Shown here piece by piece: positions 13,129 to 22,874 of a DNA stretch of 64,000 nt. The notes beneath the pieces are model-generated. The model did not search any database, was not told the DNA's origin, and worked only from the letters and a program-made list of their open reading frames with translations. The stretch is taken from contig NEEC01000004.1 in the NCBI GenBank assembly GCA_002189035.1, positions 4,836,001 through 4,900,000 on the forward strand, read 5' to 3'. The number at the start of each line of letters is the position of its first letter. The first letter of the stretch is position 1. The position numbers were made by a program, and so were the translations under genes. The DNA comes from Utricularia gibba (taxonomy: Eukaryota > Plantae > Magnoliophyta).

Positions 13129-14937
13129 CTTATTGGTTGTTGTAGCAGCAAGTGGCGTCTAAGAAGAGGGAAGAAGTAGCAAGTCGGAGTCTGGGATGGG
13201 ATATGGACAGGGAGAAATGGCGCCGTTGGCTAAATAAGAAGGGAAGAAGTACAAGACAAAACAGCGAACGAAAAGGTTTTTCCATGACACTTTCATTAAT
13301 TTATGCCATATTTTGGTTCATCGACGTGAAGTGGCCTTAGCGCAGTTTGTCAAGATGGGTCCCGTGCTTGAAAGCTTTTTGATCACTTTGGTGATAGCTT
13401 TTTGATGGTTTCATTCTCATTGATCAGTTTTATAGACATAAGACGGTTGCCCGTTGTACAGTAGAATTTGACCGTTACTCTTACTTTGTAGAGTAGTACA
13501 GGCTCTTATCCAGTTGTATGTTGCAATCTCAATTGGGCCGAACTTGTCTTCATGGATTGATCTCTAGAGGTTGCATCGTAGCCCATGAAGCCTGAGTGTT
13601 TGGGCCCGAGAATGATCAAGGCCTTTTTGCTATCTGAGGGAGGGTTGTTTCTTCTGGAATGCGCTAGGGCATTGCGGCGACCTTCTTCGCTGTTCATACC
13701 TTTCTGGGTCTTCAGTGCTTCATCATCGTTCGCTAACAGTGCTATATGTCAACCTGCAAGGGTTTAGTAAAATACATACCAATTTCACTAATTTTTTCAG
13801 GGTTTAGTACCGTAGGTGGTTATCTATCCACACAACCACAAACCAAATAAAGTAAATCCTGTCAGACACAAAATTCCTGATTCACTCAGAATCACTCGTC
13901 GGGAGCATCCTTATAAATTAGGGCCCAGCTTAAGAGAAAGCCACTCTGCAGTCTACACCCTTTACACTCTTGGTAACCCTCTTTTTCTCTCTTAAAATGA
14001 TAAAAAGGTGAAAATGATCTTTTAAGTATACATATATATTTACATGTATAATAAGTTAGTTACTAATTTTTTTTGAAATACTAAATTGTTGGGGTACTAT
14101 TTTTGTCGACTTTTCAAATAATGAGGATCATTGATACAATAATGTTTATTCAAATAGTTAGTACTGTTTTTTTTGGAGACTAAAAATATCAAGTTTACAA
14201 ACATTGAGGACTAATTTCATCCGATTTTTAAATAATCAGGATCAATTTTTCGTGGTTTTTAATCGGACTTTAGAAATGCGCAAATCTTTATTAGAAGCTG
14301 ATCCATATGCACCAACCTATTAGAATACATAATCATATATCGAGAAATGAAAATAAAATAAGCAAGTATATAAAAAATTACAGAATATAAATAATAAATT
14401 ATATATAATCTTTTTTATTATGATTTAATGTATTTGAGTTTCATGTATATCCTCGTCCAACTGATCTAATCCTAAATTTCAACACAAACTTTCCTTCCTC
14501 CTAGTAAACGACCAAAACTACCAAATCATGAATCAATATTATTCATTCAATCAGTGGGAAACCTCTCTTATTTCAACGTGTTCACGCTTTTTGATTGAAT
14601 GGGAAATATTTTTTGTATTATAGAATCGTTGACCCGAGTCGTCGTGCATTCAGATAAAGAGAAAGAAAGGCCACACACCACGCGTCACAAATCTTCTCTT
14701 CTTCTGGGAAGCAAGAAGGTGGATGCTGGTTTCGGGGCTTTCACGCTTCCGCAGACGACGCCGGTGAGCTTCTTGCTATTTTTCTGCAACGTTTTCATTC
14801 AACTCTGGGATAAGCAACGGCTGTGGGAGGAACCCTTGCCCTTCTTCTCCTTCTTCTTCTGAATATTGAGATTGTAGGAAGCTTGTCCAGATCTCCTTCA
14901 ATAATACATTTAAGTCAACCTTCAGACAGATTTGGGG

Positions 14938-15628
14938 AGTAAATTAGCTGTATACCTCTACTTTTTGCAAATGGTTTGCAAAATACCTGATGTTTTGCAA
15001 ACCATTTGTAAAATACCTGATGTTATGTTGAACATGGTTTGACTTGCAAATGAATATTTCATTTGCATATGAATATTAATATTTTAATGAAATTTCGTAT
15101 ATTAATATTATATATATATATAAGATAAACAAATATTTATTTTGATGATTATTATAATACAATTGTTTACGTTTTACTCAATTGTAAAAAAACAAATAAT
15201 TATTTTCTTTCACTTGTAATATTATAATTTTTGAGATACATATATTTTGCAAACAAAAATAGTTTTATAAATTAATATTTTTAATAAAATTTGAAAATAT
15301 TTTCAATTAATTGATGAAAATTGAACAGTGATCTACTTAAAAATAAATAAGACTTTTAGATTACTAACAATTTACAAATTAATTTATCTTTTAATACTCT
15401 ATTATATTCCAAATCACTCATTAATATCTTATGTAATATTAAATTAAAGATTACATATATTTTCATATAGTATAATTATATAAAAAATCATTGTACATTT
15501 TAAATTTAGAAACTACATGTATTTTGCAAATAGTTTGCAAAATATCATGTATTTTGCAAACTATTTGCAAAAGATCAGGTATTTTACAAATGAGTTTCTC
15601 TAAGTACATGGATAAACCCACAGGACCC
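14938..15628. mobile_element. Putative non-autonomous fold-back/MULE-like element
   Basis: Flanked by an 11-bp direct repeat CAGATTTGGGG (14927-14937, 15629-15639); inverted subterminal arrays of TTTGCAAAATACCTGAT-like units at ~14960-15025 and ~15515-15590; AT-rich core; absent from duplication copy 1. The extreme termini do not form a clean TIR. Confidence 0.55.
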
Positions 15629-16092
15629 CAGATTTGGGGTATTCTGCAACGCTTTTTCAACATCTTTTTTTTTTTTTGTCTTATCAACTCTTTTTTCACA
15701 ACATCAAGTACATGTTTGTAAGTGAACCTTAAAGATTTCGAAATCTGATCATATTTTCATGTGCGTAAAAGGATCCATTATCTAGTAATATATATATATA
15801 TATTAACTTAGCTTGCAAAGTTACAAGTGACACTCTCAGGGACATTTATTTTTAGACAATACAATGTTGTAATATTAGTATTTATTCGCCCTGTTTGTCC
15901 ACAAAATCATACCTCATCATATTGGTCATATTTATGTTGACCTCTATGACATGAGACAGAGATTTGGGTCGACTTACAGCAGTACCTAATACATCATTAC
16001 ATGCTTATAAGTTAACCGTTTTAACTTGGCCCCTTCCACAAGATGGCGAGATGAAACCCTTGATCAACAGCAGAATGCAAAAGCCCTTTCGT

Positions 16093-16686
16093 TTATACTT
16101 GAGTAACAACAACAGCTTCTAGCTCATCAGTTGGTTCATTTGCAGGCTGAGACTGGATTCCTGAACGGAGGATCTTCGAAGTAGAAGTGTCGGAACTTGG
16201 GATTTGCCCCGTTGATGAATCAGGATCATGATTCAAGATCCTTTGCGCTGAACTGGCCTTGGGGAGCATAGAAGTGGCTATACATCCAAGAGAATCGATG
16301 ACTGACAATGAATAAAATACGATCAGGCATGGTTTTAGATTCCTTGATTCGTAAACACTTGAGACTTCACCGTTGATCATCCAAACGGAAAAGCACAAAT
16401 GAATGGATTCATATATTATTTTGACAACTGCGTTTGGAACCCACACTTCAGCTCTCTTCCAGGTAGAAGCGTACCGCGATTTCTTGCATCGGAAACGCCG
16501 ATTATGACGGCGAGTGAGAAACCCAAACCGGAACGAGAAGGGCGTAAGCGTGCACGCATAGGGTGCAACCCTAAGTGCAATATACCAGAAGCCTGCCGGA
16601 TGCAGTTCATTAGAGAAACCTCCGAGGGGAACAGTTCCCCAGAAAACGATTAAGGCTTGTAGTAGCCTTCTCCAGCTCATCTTCAT
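16093..16686 (-). CDS. Island family copy C: intact single-exon multi-TM protein, 197 aa from MKMSW
   Basis: Uninterrupted ORF, start inferred by homology to copy B. Hydrophobic segments (LLQALIVFWGTVPLGG, FWYIALRVAPYAC, IHLCFSVWMI, CLIVFYSLSVIDSLGCIA) and an Arg-rich loop. Confidence 0.65.
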   Translation of the reverse strand: MKMSWRRLLQALIVFWGTVPLGGFSNELHPAGFWYIALRVAPYACTLTPFSFRFGFLTRRHNRRFRCKKSRYASTWKRAEVWVPNAVVKIIYESIHLCFSVWMINGEVSSVYESRNLKPCLIVFYSLSVIDSLGCIATSMLPKASSAQRILNHDPDSSTGQIPSSDTSTSKILRSGIQSQPANEPTDELEAVVVTQV

Positions 16687-18559
16687 CTTATTGGTTGATG
16701 ATGAGTCAATTAAGGAGAATTTCATCAGAGCCCGCACGGAGAGGAGAGTTGCAGTAGGTGGAAGTGTAAAACAGGAAAGAGGAAGCTGAGCGTGGGATGC
16801 GGGATGAAATGAGAGTTGCAGAAGTGGAAGTGTAATTAAGAAGAGGGAAGAAGTAGGAAGTGGGGTGGGGCAATCCTTTTCTAGTTCATTTGCATTTACC
16901 GCATCCACCCCATCCCACCGTTTAATTGTCCACGTGGACTGCTGCTAATTTGCTCACAATCGGGAGGGGCGGGTACAGATGCGTCATTGAATACATCATG
17001 TAGAAAATTATTTTCTAATGTAGAAAATATGTAAAAATATAATGATAACTCTAATTTTGTTAATTTGTCCTCACTTAGGATACAAGAATATCATATTATA
17101 AAAACTGCAAACCTTATGTTCGATACACATGCCTTTTAACCTCCCATCGTTTTATGTCTTCATAATATACCCCAATGTAAATGTGTATTATATATATAAT
17201 ATGTGCATCTGTGTTAACCATGTTATTTGATGGGGACTAATTATGTATATGACACGTGGAGATGAAATCCTCTAGAAAATGGTCTTAAGACATGAATTAC
17301 ACGAGCATCAAAACAGTCGATTGTTATTGTCAGCAACACCATACATATGAACACAAAACATAGAAAACAACTAACATTTTCAGTATTCCGTTGAGTCAAC
17401 CTCCCTTATAAATATAATAATACTTGAAGGAAAAGGTATTAGATTCTCGACACACTATTTGTAATCAACTTTTCTCCTTTGTTAGTGAAACTGATTTCTT
17501 CGATAAACTTTCCCAATTCTGTGACTTTTTCCGTTTATCGATAGTTTTCATGTAAAAATCCCTATATACATGCAATTCTTTTGTCCCCACTAATGCAGGA
17601 GAAAGGCTGATTGATCGAAGAGAAGATTTATTTTACACAGGTCCTTTTACTTACAGTATTTAGCCCAATAAATGGGGCACGAATTAATTGATGTATATAA
17701 ACACTGAAGACTAGTTTGAATAGAGAGAGAGGAAAATTGGGTTCACAGAAACCCGCAAAACCCTTCGCGTTCTTGGCATCTCTTTCTTCGAAGAACACAA
17801 TCTCTCCTGGGGAAGTCACAATACCCACATCAGCACAAATACCCGTAAAACCTTATATCGGATACGGTAAAACCGGCTTGACAACCCCAAAATCGGCCAT
17901 CATCAATAAAGCCGATTTTTTACCACAATACTATTATTTTACACAATATATACTATAATAATTTGCATCACATGAATGTGAATATCAGGTATTATATTTC
18001 ATAGTAAGGTTAATGCAACACAAGTTTCAATTATCTATGAATCATATTCTGTGTGGGATGTGGAAAAAGCTTGCTGAGAGATGCTTCATTTGGCATGGAT
18101 CATCGTGCATTAGGAGCTTGATAATAACACCTTGATCCGGCTTCTTGTGAATTACACCTGTGAGAGACTTCAGCTGGTTCACTCAGTCCTTCGCCCTCCT
18201 CAGCTAACACTGCAAATTACATGGGCCAGTTGGGAACTCTCCAGGGCATCATTCGCCAACTGCGGCGACTGGGTGCGGCGGCAAAAGATGAGTATTTATA
18301 TTGAGAATTTATTTTGCTAAAAACCAAAATATAAAGATATTTGAAGTATTGAAATAATAAGATTAATTGTATGTAAATTTTAAATAGTAAAAACTAATGG
18401 TGCTGATTATTCAAACATTGGGAATCAAATATGATAAGAGGGTGTTTGATAATATATTATAAAAGATTTATATTCAAGTTTAAATATAAATCGTTGTTTG
18501 ATTAATTAGTATATGATGAATCATGATTTCAGATTTGTTGTGTGGGAGGCTTTGTAGAG

Positions 18560-19025
18560 ACTTCAATGTTAAAAAAATTCCTTCTTGTAATTTATCATAA
18601 TTATTAAAAATTTGTTGTAACATGATCTCGTGTCATTGAAAAAAAAATCATATTACAATTCTTATTACAAGAATATCATTTCAAGAATTGTTATTTTTAA
18701 TAAATAATATTATTAAATGTTAATAATTTCCTTTTTGAAATATTATTACAGGAATGTTATTATGATAATAACAATGTCTCATATTACAATTTTTCATTAT
18801 TATAAGAATTTCCTTCTTCTAATAAAATAAAAATTATGAGAGTTGGTATTCTTCTTGTAATTTATCATGTTGAAAAACAAATTCTCATAATATCATCATA
18901 TTGCAAAGAATATCATTTCAGGAATCATCATTTTGTATAAATATTCCTTCTAGAAATATTCTCATAAGAATTTCCTTCTTGTAATTTATCATAATTTTGT
19001 AATAAATACTTAGTAATAATATTAT
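18560..19025. repeat. AT-rich array of degenerate short repeats immediately left of the hairpin cluster
   Basis: CTTCTTGTAATTTATCAT recurs at ~18581, ~18850 and ~18975; AAGAATATCATTTCA at ~18669 and ~18906; AAGAATTTCCTTCTT twice. Confidence 0.7.
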
Positions 19026-19129
19026 ATTGTGTTCTCAATATTTATATACGAGTTGTGTTCGTCCATTTGAACAATCACCCGTGATATTACAATACCCTTC
19101 CGAATCAAGAAACTACAAGTACTGCCTCA

Positions 19130-20670
19130 TGATGTTCTATTTGCTCTCAACAGCAAATTCTGTATGGTTTCTCGTCCACACTATACTGATATGGAGGGCA
19201 CAAAATGGGGATACCCAGGATCCAAGATCATCAGCTGGGCGTGTTCCAACCATCTCAGTCGCTGATGATGCTGCAAGTTCGATGATTCGTCCAGACATCC
19301 ACCTTTGGTAAACAACAACAGCTGTTAGCTCATCATTTGGTTCATTTGCAGGCTGAGACTTGATTCCTGGGATTTGCCCCATTGATGAATCAGGATCATG
19401 ATTCAAGCTCATTTTGCGGAACAAAAGAGTGATGGCAGTGCCAAGAGAATCGATGACTGAGATTGAATAAAATACTATGAGGCATGGTTTTAGATTCCTT
19501 GATTTGGTAACCCTTGAGACTTCATCGTTAATCATCCAAACCGATGAGCAGAAATGAATCAAGTCATATATTATTTTGAGAAGTGTGGTTGAAATCCGCA
19601 TTTCAGAAATGAGCAGAAATGACTTGCCCCGTTCTGACGGCGATTCCGACGGCGATGAACGGCGATTCCGACGGCGAGACTGGATTCATGGGATTTGCCC
19701 CGTTGATGAATCAGAATTCCTGGGAAACCCAAATAGGAACGAGAGCGCAACCATACAAGAATATGGCGCAACTCTAAGTGCAATATACCATAAGGCTGTC
19801 GGATGGAGTTCAGTGCAGAAACCGCCGAGGACAAGAGTCCCCCAGAAGACGGTTAAGGCTTGTATCATCATCTTCTGTATGGTTCCTCATGGACACTATA
19901 CTGATATTTTATTTGCTCTCAGAAGATGATGATACAAGCCTTAACCGTCTTCTGGGGGACTCTTGTCCTCGGCGGTTTCTGCACTGAACTCCATCCGACA
20001 GCCTTATGGTATACTGCACTTAGAGTTGCGCCATATTCTTGTATGGTTGCGCTCTCGTTCCTGTTTGAGTTTCCCAGGAATCCTGATTCATCAACGGGGC
20101 AAATCCCATGAATCCAGTCTCGTCGTCGGAATCGCCGTTCATCGCCGTCGGAATCGCCGTCGGAACGGGGCAAGTCATTTCTGCTCATTTCTGACATGCG
20201 GATTTCAATCACAGTTCTCAAAAGAATATATGACTTGATTCATTTCTGGTCATCGGTTTGGATGATTAACGATGAAGTCTCAAGGGTTACCAAATCAAGG
20301 AATCTAAAACCATGCCTCATCGTATTTTATTCAATCTCAGTCATCGATTCTCTTGGCACTGCCATCACTCTTTTGTTCCGCAAAATGAGCTTGAATCATG
20401 ATCCTGATTCATCAATGGGGCAAATCCCAGGAATCCAGTCTCAGCCTGCAAAAATGAACCAAATGATGAGCTAACAGCTGTTGTTGTTTACCAAAGGTGG
20501 ATGTCTGGACGAATCATCGAACTTGCAACATCATCAGCGACTGAGATGGTTGGAACACGCCCAGCTGATGATCTTGGATCCTAGGTATCCCCATTTTGTG
20601 CCCTCCATATCAGTATAGTGTCCATGAGGAACCATACAGAATTTGCTGCTGAGAGCAAATAAAATATCAT
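19130..20670. repeat. Hairpin H2: long near-perfect inverted repeat, arms ~19178-19877 and ~19920-20621, 42-nt loop, with more diverged outer extensions
   Basis: The ORF track gives near-identical translations on opposite strands (19571-19834- vs 19963-20238+; 19686-19871- vs 19926-20111+; 19137-19601- vs 20196-20474+). About a dozen substitutions plus one 2-bp indel counted by eye. Confidence 0.97.
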
Positions 20671-20762
20671 AAGGGAGTTGCGTTGATTTTCTGACTCCGA
20701 AGGTGCTAGGAGTTCACGGCTGATCATCCAGAAGGAGAAAGAAGCACAAATGGATCCCACAA

Positions 20763-21194
20763 GCTTCTGCAAGCCTTGCTCGTATTCTGGGGCAATGTTG
20801 CCCTGGTGGGGTTCAGCAGTCAAATGGATCCCCCAAGCTTCTGGTACGTCGCGGTGAACCTGGCACCGTATGAGTGGATGAACCCCAATATTCTCCAACG
20901 ACAATCAAGGTTTGCGTTACGCAGGTGCCGCCGCCAAAACTGCCGTCGTTTCCGACTGCCGGACTTCACGGGTGATCATCCAAAGGGAGAAACACAAATG
21001 GGGGACATACCTCACTGCCCATCCCTTTGATGATATCCTCCCATTGGAATTGAAGCCCCGCAGTCGGAAACACCGGCGGTTTTGACGGCGGCGCCTGCGG
21101 AACCCAAACCTTGATTTTTGATGGGGAATATTTGGGTTCATCCACTCCTACGGTGCCAGGCTCACCGCAGAATACGAGCAAGGCTTGCAGCAGC
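20763..21194. repeat. Hairpin H3: imperfect inverted repeat of family 5' halves, core arms 20851-20968 / 21051-21168, plus a 26-bp outer stem
   Basis: gcggtgaacctggcaccgtatgagtggatgaaccccaatattc pairs with gaatatttgggttcatccactcctacggtgccaggctcaccgc; outer gcttctgcaagccttgctcgtattctg pairs with cagaatacgagcaaggcttgcagcagc. Confidence 0.88.
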
Positions 21195-21291
21195 CTCCTA
21201 CAAAAACGCCGGCAGTTCCAATCGGAGGATATGGATTGCTATTTTCCAACAACGAATGGGGTTTGGATTCCGCAGTCGCCGCCGCCAAGAC

Positions 21292-21970
21292 GACGGCGTT
21301 TCCGATTGTACGGTTTCAAGTCCAACCGGAGAATATCTGACGGATGGAAAGTTCTCAATATATAATAAATGAGATCATCCATTTGTGCTTCTTCATTTGG
21401 ATTATCTCCCACGAAATTTCAAGACCTTCGGAATCAAGGAATCAAAAAACTTGTCTCGTTATATTTTATTCACTGATAGCCGCAGATTCTGTATGGGCCG
21501 TCGTCGCTTCTATCTTCCATAACACCAATTCATGGAGAGTGCAAAACCGATGATCTCAGTTCATCAAGTGAGCAGATTCCAACCATCTTCGTCACTGATG
21601 ATGCTTCAAGTTTGATGATCCGTCCAAATATCCCTAAAAATATGAATATCTGGGCGGATCACCGAACTTGCAGCTTCATCAGTGACTAAGATGCTTGGAA
21701 TCTGCCCAGATGATGAACTTGGATCAGGGTTAACTCCATTTTGTGCTCTGCGTGAATTGATGCTGTGGAGTATAGAGTGGACGAAGGGCCATAGAGAATT
21801 TGCTGCTGCAATATTTTTGGTTTTTTTGATTCGGAAGGTCTTGGAACTTCGCGGGTGATCATTCAACGGGAGAAACACAAATGGATGATCTCATATATTA
21901 TATGAAGAAGTTTCCATCCCTTAGATATCTTCCGATTGGAATTAAAACCGCCCGATCGGAAAATGCCGTC
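21292..21970. repeat. Hairpin H4: imperfect inverted repeat, ~330-340 bp arms (~75-80% identical), ~12-nt loop at ~21633-21644
   Basis: aatgagatcatccatttgtgcttctt pairs with gagaaacacaaatggatgatctcata; gatccgtccaaatatc pairs with gaatatctgggcggatc; outer gacggcgtttccgat pairs with atcggaaaatgccgtc. Confidence 0.9.
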
Positions 21971-22874
21971 AGTTCAAAGAGAAGAAGTTCCACACAAGAA
22001 AAGATTTATAACACCTGATAGAAATAATGATCGCGATTTTCAGGTGACATAGCTGAGAGTGGAAGATCGCTAATTGAAGAAAAGATCACCCGCATTTATT
22101 AAATGTAATTGTGTTTTAATAGTGATTTTAAAGTATGTTTTATTTATTATGTGGGTTTGGTGATTAATTTAAATTAACCCAGTGGTTTAATTTAAAATTA
22201 ATTTAAATTAAATCAAAACCATATATACAATTTATGTTTATTTTTTCTTCACTTCTAAATAAATATAAAACAGCAACTAAATATCTTTTTATTACAAAAT
22301 ATAGCATACCTAAATCAATATATCAAGCACATTCTAAAACTAAAATTATAAAATACATTTTATTTTAGGCCATATTATTTTACTCTCGGTAGCAAATCAA
22401 TTTGTTATTTTTAAAACAAAATATTATTATTATTATTATTATTGAATTACGAATTTGTAAAATATTACAGATTTACGTGATTCATATCCTTTTTATTTAA
22501 ATTGAAATTATTAAATATATATTTATATTTGATTAGAATGTGTGACGTGGCAGGGTGTTGTGGAGATGTTCTTTTTCGAAATAAACGAAAAAATAGCTGA
22601 TTGGTCTAATTAACAATTGCATATTTTTGGAGTCCGTTACGCAGAGTTGGAGGGAGGCTGTAGCAAATCAGCTTCCGCGTTGCCACCTGAAGGTTTCTTT
22701 TCTGGTGCTCTTTCTCGTTAATCATTGATTGCAGTTAGCAGTACGAAGTGAGGGGCTGAGAGGATCACAGTCGAAGAGTGCTGCAGGGCGTGGACTGGAA
22801 GCTGCAGTTGATTCGGAATTCATGGATTAGGGTTTTTCTGGGGTATCGGAATTTCTCCGGTGGTGGGCTTCGCA

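Larger units (their letters stand above)
11230..13200. repeat. Tandem segmental duplication, copy 1 (paralogous to ~14600-16870)
   Basis: Blocks 11240-11500 / 14625-14885, 11945-12070 / 15645-15760, 12085-12364 / 15900-16198 and 12680-13190 / 16194-16870 are collinear and highly similar. Confidence 0.85.
14600..16870. repeat. Tandem segmental duplication, copy 2
   Basis: Same collinear blocks as 11230-13200. Confidence 0.85.

Noticed and set aside
13345-13985. Possible second LTR/retroelement fragment between the duplicated units
   Set aside because: No TG...CA ends with matching TSD or recognisable gag/pol motif found by eye
16687-16908. N-terminal extension of the copy C ORF (and 1847-1984 of the KAN1 ORF)
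   Set aside because: Pyrimidine-rich or trinucleotide-repeat 5' UTR read-through; homology starts at MKMSW and MSTEG respectively
17470-17970. LTR-like segment ending in GCATCA with an internal TATA
   Set aside because: No matching 5' end or TSD and no PBS/PPT identified
18560-19025. Recurring short repeats superficially like a CRISPR array
   Set aside because: Eukaryotic context, irregular spacing, degenerate AT-rich units, no unique spacers or cas genes
19178-20621. H2 as a long-read fold-back assembly artefact
   Set aside because: Arms differ by substitutions rather than homopolymer indels, the loop has a templated microhomology structure, and older nested palindromes flank it; still needs read confirmation
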